Shown in pieces: positions 16,350 through 26,656 of a stretch of DNA of 64,000 nucleotides. The translations under genes and the position numbers were made by a program. Under the pieces are notes generated by a model that did no database searches, had not been told where the DNA came from, and was given only the letters and a program-made list of their open reading frames with translations. This DNA is from a virus, in the IMG/VR virus record IMGVR_UViG_3300045685_000034, positions 4,507 to 68,506 of that record; one strand, given 5' to 3'. Position 1 is the stretch's first letter. Each line of letters opens with the position of its first letter.

Positions 16350-17790
16350 GATGATCGTACCGTTTTCGGATATTGGTTCTGCAATAGATTACTACTATGA
16401 CAGACCTGTAGAGTTTTGTGAGGATTTGCTTCACTTAGAGCCTGACGATTGGCAAAGAAGTGTTCTGAATGATTTATCTGAACATCCGAAGGTATCAGTA
16501 AGATCCGGCCAAGGAGTTGGAAAGACAGCGCTTGAAGCTGGTGCAATCCTTTGGTTTTTGACGTGTAGACCCTATTCAAAAGTCATAGCTACCGCTCCTA
16601 CTATGAAACAACTTTATGATGTTTTGTGGGCAGAAGTATCAAAGTGGTTGAATGATAGTTTGATAAAAAGTCTTTTGAAGTGGACGAAGACAAAAGTATC
16701 TATGGTCGGGGATGCTGAGCGATGGTTTGCTACTGCAAGGACTGCGACGAAACCTGAAAACATGCAGGGGTTTCATGAGGATCATATGTTGATCGTTGTT
16801 GATGAAGCTTCTGGTGTGTCTGATCAGATTATGGAAGCAATTCTTGGGACCCTTACAGGTTATGACAATAAATTATTGATGTGTGGGAATCCCAACAACA
16901 TTGAAGGTGTTTTCTTTGACTCACACAATAAAGACCGCGATAAGTATCGTGTTCATAAGGTTTCGAGCTACGACAGCAAACGAACCAGTAAAGAAAATAT
17001 TCAGATGCTTATTGATAAGTATGGGCAAGATAGTGATGTAGCGAGAGTTCGGATATTTGGAGAATTTCCAAAAGGAGCGCTTGACTCATTTATCAGCTTA
17101 GAAGTTGTTGAATTAGCAACGAGTCAACAATTGTTCAATGATTATATTGAAGATGCCGTATTTGGAGATATCGGAGTTGATGTCGCTCGTTATGGTGATG
17201 ATTCAACTATAATTTTTCCAAGAATAAAGATGAAGTGTTTGCCATTCAAAAAGTATACGAAGCAAAGCACTATGAACACTACAGGTTATGTTATTGATTG
17301 TGCGAAGAAGCTAATGAAGAAATACCCTAATTTAAAAAAAATCAGGATAAAGGTAGATGATACTGGTGTTGGTGGTGGAGTAACCGACAGATTGAAAGAA
17401 ATAGTATCTGATGAGAAGTATCCATTCGAGATTATCCCTGTTAACAATGGTGAATCATCTACTGATGAGTTTTACGATAATCTGGGTACTCAAATTTGGG
17501 GAAATATTCGTGAAGTTTTAGAGGAAAATATGACAACCAATTTAAACGGCGGTGGACCAATAATTGAATTACCGAATGATTCGAGTTTGATCAAAGAATT
17601 AAGTACACGGAAATTCAAGATGACAAGCCGTGGGAGAATTAGATTAGAAAGCAAAGATGATATGAAAAAAAGAAATATTGGTAGTCCAGATATAGCAGAT
17701 GCTTTAGCTTTGGCATTCTATGAGCGACGAACCCATAAACCAGTAGATGCTAAGTCAGTTATAGACACATACAGAAAGTTAGGATTGTAG
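16342..17790 (+). CDS. terL: terminase large subunit
   Basis: Walker A SGQGVGKT, VVDEASG, GVDVARYGDD, SPDIADAL. Confidence 0.96.
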   Translation: MDKMIVPFSDIGSAIDYYYDRPVEFCEDLLHLEPDDWQRSVLNDLSEHPKVSVRSGQGVGKTALEAGAILWFLTCRPYSKVIATAPTMKQLYDVLWAEVSKWLNDSLIKSLLKWTKTKVSMVGDAERWFATARTATKPENMQGFHEDHMLIVVDEASGVSDQIMEAILGTLTGYDNKLLMCGNPNNIEGVFFDSHNKDRDKYRVHKVSSYDSKRTSKENIQMLIDKYGQDSDVARVRIFGEFPKGALDSFISLEVVELATSQQLFNDYIEDAVFGDIGVDVARYGDDSTIIFPRIKMKCLPFKKYTKQSTMNTTGYVIDCAKKLMKKYPNLKKIRIKVDDTGVGGGVTDRLKEIVSDEKYPFEIIPVNNGESSTDEFYDNLGTQIWGNIREVLEENMTTNLNGGGPIIELPNDSSLIKELSTRKFKMTSRGRIRLESKDDMKKRNIGSPDIADALALAFYERRTHKPVDAKSVIDTYRKLGL

Positions 17791-17798
17791 GTGAGATA

Positions 17799-19418
17799 AT
17801 GGGAAGAAAGATTATTGATTTGCTTGACGGACAACGGTTTGACGATGAGGCGAATCTTGTTTATAAAGTACCAATAGAAAAGTTGCCCAAGAAAAAAATG
17901 TACGATAAAAAGTCTTCAGAAACAACAGAAGAAATCGACTTTGAAGATCCAGAACTATGGAAGGTAATTGTAGAATTTATTGAACACCATAAAACCCATC
18001 AGGTCCCGCGTTTGGAAGAGCTGTTGCGATATTCGGTGGCGGATAATAACATTCACTATAGAAAACCAAAACCAGAAGGACGCGCAGATAACCGGATCGG
18101 AAGTGACTTTGCTAACTTTATTGTGACGTTTAAGAAAGGAGTTCTTCTCGGGAATCCTTTGAAATATAGTGGTAATAAATCAGTTTCTGATAGAGTTAAC
18201 CAGTTTGCAAGTGAATCGAACGAAGATTATCATAATCAGTTAATGGCTGAGGACCTTTTCACTTTTGGTCGTGCGTATGAATGGATTGGGCGCGACGAGT
18301 TCGGCAAGGAAACATTGGCGAAGTTAGACGTAACGAATACTTTCATTATCTATGATACATCTAAAGCGAAGAAGTCAGTCTGCGGTGTAAATTACTACAA
18401 CATTGAATATTTAGATAAGACTACGACGCACATTGATGTTTATGCAAATGATGGTATCAATTATTATTTCGAGTGTGAAAACGAGGATTACGCTGAAGCG
18501 GACATTATTGATCGGGAACAATCCTATTTCAATACTGTTCAGCTTAATGAATGGATAAATAACGAAAAGCGTTTAAGTGATTTTGAATCTGTTCTTGGTT
18601 ACATTGATGCATACGATCTTTCTCAGTCTGAGATGGCAAACTTCCAGCAAGATTTATCGGAGGCTATGCTTGTAATTAAAGGGAACCCTGATACTTTCAA
18701 GAAGGAAGACGGTTCAATTGATACAAAAGGGCTAGACTACACGTTTAAGAATCGCATCATGGTCTTAGGTGATAAAAAGACTTATGATGACAACCAAACA
18801 GGAAGTGAACCGGATGCAAGTTATCTGGTTAAAGAATATGATACGACAGGAACCGAAGCGTACAATAATCGCCTGGTTGCTGACATCCTTAGATTCACAG
18901 CCTTGATTGATTTCACTGATGAAAACATCGGATCAAATCAATCTGGAATCGGATTTAGGTTCAAAGGTTGGGGGTCAGATAACGATCGCAAGAACAAAGA
19001 ACGTATGATAAAAAAAGCGATCATGCGTCGATTAAGATTGCTGACCTATTCCTGGTCTATAAAAGAGGATATTGCAAAGCCCAAAGGCCTCATCAATATG
19101 ATGAAGGCTGTTTTTGTGTATCCGAATAGCAAGCAGCAATCTTTATACGATCGAGTGAATGAGATAGAAATTCTATTTACTCCAAATGTACCGCAATCAG
19201 ACGAGGAAATCATGAACGTGATAAAAGGAATGAACGGCATTATTTCAGAGGAGACACTGTGTGAAATGGCTGAACGGTTGACAGGTGTTCCAGCTGATGA
19301 GGAACTTAAACGTGTGAACAAAGAACGACCGAATGAACCAGTGTTGGACTACGAGTTTCCAATTAGTGATGACGGTTCTAATGAAAAGGATAAAGAAGAA
19401 CCAGTCAGTGAGGAGTGA
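17799..19418 (+). CDS. SPP1-type portal protein
   Basis: Position; FANFIV, FGRAYE, FTPNVP motifs. Confidence 0.93.
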   Translation: MGRKIIDLLDGQRFDDEANLVYKVPIEKLPKKKMYDKKSSETTEEIDFEDPELWKVIVEFIEHHKTHQVPRLEELLRYSVADNNIHYRKPKPEGRADNRIGSDFANFIVTFKKGVLLGNPLKYSGNKSVSDRVNQFASESNEDYHNQLMAEDLFTFGRAYEWIGRDEFGKETLAKLDVTNTFIIYDTSKAKKSVCGVNYYNIEYLDKTTTHIDVYANDGINYYFECENEDYAEADIIDREQSYFNTVQLNEWINNEKRLSDFESVLGYIDAYDLSQSEMANFQQDLSEAMLVIKGNPDTFKKEDGSIDTKGLDYTFKNRIMVLGDKKTYDDNQTGSEPDASYLVKEYDTTGTEAYNNRLVADILRFTALIDFTDENIGSNQSGIGFRFKGWGSDNDRKNKERMIKKAIMRRLRLLTYSWSIKEDIAKPKGLINMMKAVFVYPNSKQQSLYDRVNEIEILFTPNVPQSDEEIMNVIKGMNGIISEETLCEMAERLTGVPADEELKRVNKERPNEPVLDYEFPISDDGSNEKDKEEPVSEE

Positions 19419-19422
19419 TTGA

Positions 19423-20319
19423 ATGACGTCCTCAAAAGATTACTGGCGGAAACGTGAAGAACAACATATTGCTCAAATGATCAAAGATGAGCGACAAATG
19501 AAAAAAGAGATCGCCGAACGATTCCAAAACGCAATTGACAATATAAACAAAGAGATTGATGCTAACTGGTCAAGATTTGCCGGTAAAGAAGGCATTTCTT
19601 TATCTGAAGCCAAAAAGATTTCAATGGAGATGGATGTCAAAGCTTTCGCGAGAAAAGCGAAGAAGTACGTTAAAGAAAAGGACTTCTCGCAGACCGCCAA
19701 CGACGAGTTGCGTCTCTATAATGTCACAATGAGAGTCAATCGTTTAGAACTCCTTAAATCGCAAATAGGGCTTGAATTAATTGCCTTATCTGATGATCTC
19801 GACAAGTACACAGCTGATTTATTAACAAAAGAAGGACTCGCTGAAGCAACTCGGCAAGCTGGCATATTAGGAGAAACCATTTTCGATGGCTACAAGGACT
19901 TTGTAGATTCCGTTGTGAATGGTTCTTTTCATTCTGCAACCTTTTCTCAACGTATTTGGGGCAATATGAATGCGTTCAAAGCTGATCTTGATAAATTATT
20001 AGTACAAACGATTACTCAAGGTAAAAACCCGCGAGACATGGCTAGAAAGCTTCGTAACCTATATGATTCGAAAAAGTATGAAGCGGAACGGCTGATGCGA
20101 ACAGAATCAGCTAGAGTTCAAACAGAGATTCAAAAGCAAAGCTATAAGAAATATGATATCGAAGATTATGAGTTTATCGCTGAACCGAATGCTTGTCCGA
20201 TATGCGCTACGTTAAACGGAAAAGTCTTTAAAGTTAAGGATATGTCAGCGGGAATCAACGCTTGTCCGATGCATGCAAATTGCAGATGTTCCGCTGCGCC
20301 ACATGTAGAAAGAGAGTGA
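19423..20319 (+). CDS. minor capsid / head morphogenesis protein (SPP1 gp7/MuF-like)
   Basis: AERLMRTESARVQ, CPIC, PMHANCRCS. Confidence 0.92.
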   Translation: MTSSKDYWRKREEQHIAQMIKDERQMKKEIAERFQNAIDNINKEIDANWSRFAGKEGISLSEAKKISMEMDVKAFARKAKKYVKEKDFSQTANDELRLYNVTMRVNRLELLKSQIGLELIALSDDLDKYTADLLTKEGLAEATRQAGILGETIFDGYKDFVDSVVNGSFHSATFSQRIWGNMNAFKADLDKLLVQTITQGKNPRDMARKLRNLYDSKKYEAERLMRTESARVQTEIQKQSYKKYDIEDYEFIAEPNACPICATLNGKVFKVKDMSAGINACPMHANCRCSAAPHVERE

Positions 20320-20323
20320 TGAA

Positions 20324-20572
20324 ATGCAAAATTCAGAACAATTTTTAAAAGACATCAAAGAAGTGATTGCTGACATTCAAACTGATGATCGACAACTTAT
20401 TGAAAATGCAAAATTTACAATGGAACACTTCAAAACGACAGATTATATTGTTGGCGGAAAGTTCACTAAGACTGGAAGAGTCGCAAAATTTAACTTCAAG
20501 AAATCAGATGATCAATTTGAATATCTAAGCTTTGTTCAAGATGAGCCTTTCACAGAGATAGAAGGAGAGTAA
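20324..20572 (+). CDS. hypothetical protein
   Basis: ORF with RBS. Confidence 0.6.
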   Translation: MQNSEQFLKDIKEVIADIQTDDRQLIENAKFTMEHFKTTDYIVGGKFTKTGRVAKFNFKKSDDQFEYLSFVQDEPFTEIEGE

Positions 20573-20574
20573 AA

Positions 20575-20793
20575 ATGATGGTTCATCGGCCGAGATACCT
20601 AGATCCAAAGAGAAATAAACCAAAAGAAATGGAGCTCACCTTAAAGAATACACGAATAGAACAAGGTAAATTGATTTTGGACTATTCGAATGGATGGCAA
20701 GTTATCTGCACAAAGGAAATTATCGAGTGCTATGATTCGGGTGGAAAGCTGAAATGGTGGCTTGATGATAATGGAAGAGGTGAGATATTTTGA
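20575..20793 (+). CDS. hypothetical protein
   Basis: ORF with RBS GAAGGAG. Confidence 0.6.
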   Translation: MMVHRPRYLDPKRNKPKEMELTLKNTRIEQGKLILDYSNGWQVICTKEIIECYDSGGKLKWWLDDNGRGEIF

Positions 20794-21104
20794 AAGATTT
20801 CAACGAAGTGATTCTAGTATTAGAAGTTCACAAAGGATTGGGACATGCTTACAAAAAGGCAATCGAAACCGAGAACAGTACACAATGGAAAAAGAATCCG
20901 ATTTACAACTCAAAAAAAGAACTAATTAGCAACGAGTTGAAACCTTCTTGGAATGGTAATCATGTGCATGTTGCGGTAGTCAATAGCGATGATATGGATA
21001 GATTAACAATCTCGATAATTTCCCATACATTACCGAATCTTTTAGAAATAACGAGCTGGTATGAGCGGATGGGTGCGACAGTCACATATAAAAAAATCAT
21101 TTAA
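20790..21104 (+). CDS. hypothetical protein
   Basis: TTGA-coupled ORF. Confidence 0.65.
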   Translation: MKDFNEVILVLEVHKGLGHAYKKAIETENSTQWKKNPIYNSKKELISNELKPSWNGNHVHVAVVNSDDMDRLTISIISHTLPNLLEITSWYERMGATVTYKKII

Positions 21105-21309
21105 AGGAGCTGAACCGTTATGGAAAACACTAACCGAGAATAACGAGAATGATTTTGTCAATTTCTTCAAAAGATTAGACGAAAGTGTACAGACAAATGT
21201 TGCCGGTCAGGCTGGTGATCCTGAATCTCGTTAGCAGTCGATAAAGCAGATTAGTATTTATTGTTGTCCTTTGATTTGGTAATATTGAAATGCCAAAGGA
21301 GAGGATAAA

Positions 21310-22005
21310 ATGACGAATGAACAACTGAATCAACTAATTAATCAGATGACAGAAGATCAAAAATCTGAATTGATCAAAAGAATTACGAGTGATCAATATG
21401 TCGAAGTCGTGAATAAAATGATGGGACAGCAAAATTTTTATGTGACTGTGTGTTTAACAATATTAGGTCTTTTTATCGCTGCATTTGCATTTTATCAGTT
21501 TGGTTTTCGAAAGAAGCAATTGGAACAAATGAAGGCGGAGTCTAGAGATATGGTTCTAAAGGAAATAGCCACAGTATTTGAAGTAAATGATATTCAATCT
21601 TTACGAGAGAAAAATGAACAGTCTCTCAGTAAAATCCGTTCCGAAAATGAGTTATCATTTTCTAAAATTGATAGAAAGATTGTTGAGATTCATACAGATT
21701 TATATAGTCAAATAAGAATTTCTTTAGAATTTGAGTTATTACGAGTTAGTGTACATGATTCACCAATATCCAGATTAATAAACATCTTCGAGACTTACAA
21801 GTACTATTGGGATAAAACCCCATCTTTATTTTTTACGTTTGTCTCTCGTGTATTTAGTATCACTGTTGCAATTAAGAACGATAATAATTTCGATAAAGGC
21901 GATTTAGAAGTTTTAAGAACTTTATTATTCTGGATAGAAGGTTTGGAATCAACTGTTGATCCGTATCCTAAAGATATGGTTAATCAGTTGAAAAATTTGT
22001 TATAA
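21310..22005 (+). CDS. moron-like single-TM protein
   Basis: AT-rich; RBS AGGAGAGG; TM segment FYVTVCLTILGLFIAAFAFYQFG. Confidence 0.75.
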   Translation: MTNEQLNQLINQMTEDQKSELIKRITSDQYVEVVNKMMGQQNFYVTVCLTILGLFIAAFAFYQFGFRKKQLEQMKAESRDMVLKEIATVFEVNDIQSLREKNEQSLSKIRSENELSFSKIDRKIVEIHTDLYSQIRISLEFELLRVSVHDSPISRLINIFETYKYYWDKTPSLFFTFVSRVFSITVAIKNDNNFDKGDLEVLRTLLFWIEGLESTVDPYPKDMVNQLKNLL

Positions 22006-22029
22006 CGAAAAAATATTATTTTGTTTAGC

Positions 22030-22160
22030 CCCGAGCAAGGCGAAAAAAGGCTTTTTTATTTTGCCTTCTTACTGCTTGCAGGCGTTAAAGAGAAAGCTGT
22101 TTCGGGTGATGGCGTAACCATTAAATTATCGGGTAGCGGCGTAACCGTGGAGGATTACAC
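22030..22160 (+). promoter_or_regulatory. structured scaffold leader with four GGCG(T/A)WA repeats
   Basis: GGCG motifs at 22039, 22081, 22111, 22138; the last two in hairpin loops. Confidence 0.55.
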
Positions 22161-22826
22161 ATGAAAAAACGTTTATTAATGCCAATGAACTTACAACTAT
22201 TTGCCGAAGGTGGAGAAGGAGGTAGTGATAATGGTGCCGGTGGAGGAGCGTCGACTAACTCTCAGCAGGGGCAGCAGTCACAAGGTGAAGGCCAGCAATC
22301 CGAAGGCAGTGAAGGTGATCAGGGTACTGGTAAAACTTTTTCCCGTGAGGATGTAGCGAAGATGATTACGGCCGAAACTGCAAAAGCCGTTGCGAAGGCC
22401 CAAGAGGAATGGAAGGCTGAACAATCGGAAGCGACGAAACTAGCTCAAATGAATGCTGATCAAAAAGCAGAATACGAGCGAGAAAAATTGGAGGCCAAGA
22501 TCGCTGAACTTGAACAGCAACAAACGTTGAGTGAGATGTCAAAAACTGCTACGAAAATGCTTGCTGATAAAGGCGTTCAAGCGAATGAAGGTATACTGTC
22601 ATTTGTCGTTAAGGACACCGCAGAGGACACTGCAGGAGCCGTAAAAGGATTTCTTGCACTAATTGATGAACAGCGTGAAATCATCAAGGCTGATTTCGAA
22701 AAGAGACTAGGTGGCAAAGTTCCGCTGGATGGTACAAGTCAATCAGAAACTGTAGGCGAGTATGGAAAAACATTGGCGCAACGTACGAAAGTTGAAACAC
22801 CAAAGAATACCTATTTCAAAAATTAG
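22161..22826 (+). CDS. capsid scaffolding protein (DUF4355-like)
   Basis: MNLQLFAEG, TFSREDV, AKLAQMNADQKAEYE. Confidence 0.9.
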   Translation: MKKRLLMPMNLQLFAEGGEGGSDNGAGGGASTNSQQGQQSQGEGQQSEGSEGDQGTGKTFSREDVAKMITAETAKAVAKAQEEWKAEQSEATKLAQMNADQKAEYEREKLEAKIAELEQQQTLSEMSKTATKMLADKGVQANEGILSFVVKDTAEDTAGAVKGFLALIDEQREIIKADFEKRLGGKVPLDGTSQSETVGEYGKTLAQRTKVETPKNTYFKN

Positions 22827-22840
22827 GAGGAAATGAAAAC

Positions 22841-23233
22841 ATGGAAAAACGAGTATTTGGATCAAAAAATCAGATCTTAGCAGACGTGAGCAATTATAAA
22901 AGCTTGTCAGTCGTTGTTGATTCAACGGGAGTAACAGCAACTAACGGTGAAGGGAAAAAAATTATTCCTGCCGGAACACCTGTAGGCGCTGCTGATCCTT
23001 TCGCTGACGAACAAGCAGCGGTGAAAGTAACGAACGATGTAACTACTGGAGACAAGACGGTTGGGGTATTACTTCATGATGTTGTCTTTGATGCAGATTC
23101 CGCTACAGGCAACGGAACACTGTTGTATTTCGGAACCGTGAATGAATACCGTTTAGATGACAAATTGACAATCGTTAATGAAGCAAAGACTGCGTTGGAT
23201 GGCAAAGTGTATTTTGTCAAACGCAACAAATAA
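22841..23233 (+). CDS. head decoration / capsid-associated protein
   Basis: GKKIIPAGTPVG, GVLLHDV; position between scaffold and capsid. Confidence 0.75.
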   Translation: MEKRVFGSKNQILADVSNYKSLSVVVDSTGVTATNGEGKKIIPAGTPVGAADPFADEQAAVKVTNDVTTGDKTVGVLLHDVVFDADSATGNGTLLYFGTVNEYRLDDKLTIVNEAKTALDGKVYFVKRNK

Positions 23234-23248
23234 GGGAGGAACTGTTAA

Positions 23249-24349
23249 ATGAATGTACGAGTACGAAAAGAAACACTTATGAAAATGAATCTACAAACAT
23301 TCGCGACAATGAACATTTTTGATTTGGTCCAAGCGCCAAATATCGCTACTTATTGGGCTGAAAAAGTGAATGAGATGCAGCCTTATTTAGGCGAGGAGTT
23401 ATTCCCGACTGATAAGCAATTAGGTATGAAGTTATCTTGGTTAAAGGGGAAAACAGGTTCTCCAGTTGCTTTGCGGCCTTCAGCTCTTGATGCAGATGTT
23501 ATTCCTCGTGGACGAAAAGGGTTTGAAGAATTGATCGCAAAAATGATCTTCTTTAAAGAATCATATTACATCGACGAAGAACTACGCCAACAATTACAAA
23601 TGGTGAATCAAACGAATAACGCCGCTTATCGAGATGTTTTACTCAATCGTATTTTCGATGATGTGGCTGAGCTACTTCGTGGGGCAGCTGTGCGACGTGA
23701 AATTATGCGGATGCAAATGTTGACTACTGGTACGATTACGATCGATGAAAACGGTCAAAAGTATAACATCGATTATGATTTACCAGATGGCCATAAAAAG
23801 AAAGCGGCAGTTAAATGGTCCGACGTTGAGAATGCTGATCCTGTAGAAGATATTGACGCTGCTACGACAGCGATGAAAGAAGAAGGTGTCACGCCTGCTC
23901 GTGCAGTTCTAAATAGTAAGACATTCCGTTATTTACGTCAGAACGCTGCAATCAAAGCGACGATCTTAGGAAATAACGCAAATGCACAGGCAGCTAAACT
24001 TTCAAAACAAGCATTGCTAGACTATATTTCTGAGGAATTCAACTTGGAGATTGTAGTTTACGACAAAGTATATACGGACGCTTCAGGCACACACAAATTT
24101 ATTCCTGACGATATTTTCGTATTGTTGCCAGGTCAGACTTTAGGGAAAACTTGGTTTGGTACTACGCCAGAAGAAGCTGACTTGATGTCTAGTCCTAATG
24201 TCGCCAATGTGCAAGTAGTTGATACTGGTGTTGCGATTACCACTATGAAGAAAGCAGATCCAGTGAACGTAGAAACGAAAGTGTCTATGATCTCGTTACC
24301 ATCCTTTGAGCAATCCGAAGCTGTCTGCATTATGAATGTGGGGGAGTAA
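23249..24349 (+). CDS. major capsid protein
   Basis: Position; YLGEELFP, RREIMRMQML. Confidence 0.92.
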   Translation: MNVRVRKETLMKMNLQTFATMNIFDLVQAPNIATYWAEKVNEMQPYLGEELFPTDKQLGMKLSWLKGKTGSPVALRPSALDADVIPRGRKGFEELIAKMIFFKESYYIDEELRQQLQMVNQTNNAAYRDVLLNRIFDDVAELLRGAAVRREIMRMQMLTTGTITIDENGQKYNIDYDLPDGHKKKAAVKWSDVENADPVEDIDAATTAMKEEGVTPARAVLNSKTFRYLRQNAAIKATILGNNANAQAAKLSKQALLDYISEEFNLEIVVYDKVYTDASGTHKFIPDDIFVLLPGQTLGKTWFGTTPEEADLMSSPNVANVQVVDTGVAITTMKKADPVNVETKVSMISLPSFEQSEAVCIMNVGE

Positions 24350-24633
24350 TTATCCCCGTTGAGAGCGTGACGCTCTCTCCTAAAAATTCGGCAGCAGTAG
24401 CGGGGACTGCAGGAAGCAGGCAATTAGCAGCTAATGTATTGCCTGAAAAAGCAACGAATAAAAAAGTGTTCTTCTCGATTGAGCCAGTAACGGAAGGGTT
24501 GGCTGTATCAGAATCAGGATTAATTTCTTGGACAGAGTCAGTACCAGCTGGAACATATACGACATCTTGTATTACGGAAGATGGTTCATTCGCAGATAGC
24601 AACACATTAACGTTATCTGAACCAGAAGGTTAG
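24340..24633 (+). CDS. Ig-like (Big_2-like) domain, probably fused to capsid by -1 frameshift
   Basis: IIPVESVTLSP..NVLPEKATNKKVFFS in -1 frame overlapping the capsid stop; no well-spaced start or RBS. Confidence 0.7.
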   Translation, partial: GGVIIPVESVTLSPKNSAAVAGTAGSRQLAANVLPEKATNKKVFFSIEPVTEGLAVSESGLISWTESVPAGTYTTSCITEDGSFADSNTLTLSEPEG

Positions 24634-24659
24634 TCTTTTGACTAGCCTTCTTTTTTTTG
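24628..24659 (+). terminator. terminator
   Basis: AGGTTAGTC-TTTT-GACTAGCCT plus T-run. Confidence 0.8.
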
Positions 24660-24672
24660 AAAGGAGGCAGTT

Positions 24673-25020
24673 ATGGACGAAATTGAAATTCTAGCTGAAG
24701 TAAAGCGATCGCTTGAAATTGAGGATGATGAAAAACTAGATAATCAATTAACTGATTTCATTAAGCGAATATCTAATCAATTGTGTGTGCGTCTAGACTT
24801 CATTGAAAGCGTACCGAATGTTTTAGAATATATCGTGGTTGAATGTACTATCAAACGATTTAATCGCAAAGGAAACGAAGGAATGGATTCATACAACCAA
24901 GAAGGAGAGTCTATATCATACGGTGCTCTGTTGGATGATTTCGAAGATGATATTGATGTGTACAACAAAAAGCAGAAAGAAAAGAGTATTCCACGAAAAG
25001 GAGTTGCCAGGTTCGTATGA
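24673..25020 (+). CDS. head-tail connector (gp6-like)
   Basis: IVVECTIKRFNRKGNEGMDSYNQEGESISY. Confidence 0.88.
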   Translation: MDEIEILAEVKRSLEIEDDEKLDNQLTDFIKRISNQLCVRLDFIESVPNVLEYIVVECTIKRFNRKGNEGMDSYNQEGESISYGALLDDFEDDIDVYNKKQKEKSIPRKGVARFV

Positions 25021-25355
25021 GATATGACACACAGGTAACTTTCATTATCGAAAAAGAAGGCTATTACGACCCCAAACTCGGAGAGTATGTGGACGGAAAA
25101 AAAACCGAGATTTCAAAGTTAGCCAATGTAACTGATCTTGGAACGGATCGCTCAAAACAGCTTTTTGGAGAGATCAAGCAAGGAGCAAAAGTTATTCGCC
25201 TGCTGCGGCCGTATGTTAAACCTTGGGATTATGTGACAATTCTCAATAAGCTAACTGGTAAAATCCAGTCCTTTGAGATAATTACCGAACGAAACTTAAG
25301 GTTAAAAAACACATTCATCGTACAAGAGGTGTCTAAGAATGAAAGCACATCTTGA
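25017..25355 (+). CDS. head closure protein
   Basis: MRYDTQVTF; position. Confidence 0.75.
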   Translation: MRYDTQVTFIIEKEGYYDPKLGEYVDGKKTEISKLANVTDLGTDRSKQLFGEIKQGAKVIRLLRPYVKPWDYVTILNKLTGKIQSFEIITERNLRLKNTFIVQEVSKNESTS

Positions 25356-25710
25356 GTATAAGGGTATTGATCAGTTAATGAGGCATCTGCAAAACGCAGC
25401 ATCGTTGGATGATGTAAAGAAAGTCGTAAAAAATAATGGAGCACAATTAACCAATCAAATGCAAAAAAGAGCGCAATTCAAAGGCCATTATCACAACGGC
25501 GAGTTTATCAGTCCGACCGGTGCAACCAAACGGTCAATTATTATGCAGATTCAAGAGGCAGGTTTTTCAGTTCTTGTTATGCCAATGACTGAATATAGTC
25601 CTTATTTAGAATTTGGCACACGGTTTATGAACGCACAACCTTTCGTACGTGCGGCCTTCAACTATCAGAAAATTATATTTAAAAAAGAAATGCGAGAGTT
25701 GGTGGCGTGA
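25339..25710 (+). CDS. HK97-gp10-like tail component
   Basis: EYSPYLEFGTRFMNAQPFVRAA. Confidence 0.9.
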   Translation: MKAHLEYKGIDQLMRHLQNAASLDDVKKVVKNNGAQLTNQMQKRAQFKGHYHNGEFISPTGATKRSIIMQIQEAGFSVLVMPMTEYSPYLEFGTRFMNAQPFVRAAFNYQKIIFKKEMRELVA

Positions 25711-26099
25711 TGGTCAAAGAACCAGATCAAGAATTATACGATGAAGTATTTAAGATTTGTCAGGATTTGGGTTATAGCGTTTTTACTTACTTGCCGCCTG
25801 ACAATACACCCTATCCGTTCGTTTATATTGGCGAATCTCAAGAACTCCCATCTGCTACGAAGTCAATTATAGTCGGAACGATTCAACTATCTGTTCATAT
25901 CTACGGCTTGCACACGAAACGTAAACAGGTATCTGATATGAAAGGTGCCATTATGCAGGAGCTCAGAAAATTTCGACAATCAAAAAGCTTTAATTGGAAA
26001 ATATTAAACAATAATACACAGCCACAGATGCTGCAAGACACAACGACAAATACCGCACTCTGGCACTGTGTAATTCCGCTAGAAATGCGATTTTATTAG
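25707..26099 (+). CDS. tail terminator protein
   Basis: YPFVYIGE; position. Confidence 0.78.
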   Translation: MMVKEPDQELYDEVFKICQDLGYSVFTYLPPDNTPYPFVYIGESQELPSATKSIIVGTIQLSVHIYGLHTKRKQVSDMKGAIMQELRKFRQSKSFNWKILNNNTQPQMLQDTTTNTALWHCVIPLEMRFY

Positions 26100-26110
26100 G
26101 AGGAATATTA

Positions 26111-26620
26111 ATGGGAGCAATTCAAGGTAAAGACAAGCTTTTATTAGTTCGTCGTTTAGACGAAGCTGATTCTGTAGCTGCGACAAAGCCGCTTTATCAG
26201 ATTGAACATAAATGGGAATACTCGCGCGATAGCAAGTCGCAGCAGACAAAAGATGGAGCTGTGCCGACATCGGGCGGGTTAGAAGTGTCGCTATCATTGA
26301 AGGGATTAGCGTCACGAGATGACGAAAATGAATACATGCTGAGCGCTGTTGAGGATGGCGCTACAGTAGAGTTTTGGGATGTTGATTTAAAAGGAGTCCA
26401 AAAGGAAGGGAAATACCCCGCTCGATACGCTCGCGGTAAAGTCGGCAAATGGAGTGTTCCTTCGAACGTTGAAGATTTGGACGAAATCGAGACGGAGGCA
26501 ACAATCGAAGGTAAGCCAGTTAAAGGCTATGCAACAGTTTCAGATAAAGTCATTGAAGAAGCGCAATATGCTTTTAGAGACACGACACCAGGTAGTGAAG
26601 AAGAATCGGGACAAGGTTAG
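26111..26620 (+). CDS. major tail protein (TP901-1-like)
   Basis: AIQGKDKLLL, QQTKDG, VEFWDV. Confidence 0.88.
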   Translation: MGAIQGKDKLLLVRRLDEADSVAATKPLYQIEHKWEYSRDSKSQQTKDGAVPTSGGLEVSLSLKGLASRDDENEYMLSAVEDGATVEFWDVDLKGVQKEGKYPARYARGKVGKWSVPSNVEDLDEIETEATIEGKPVKGYATVSDKVIEEAQYAFRDTTPGSEEESGQG

Positions 26621-26656
26621 ACAAACGTCTAGCCTTTTTATTTTAGGAGGAAAATC

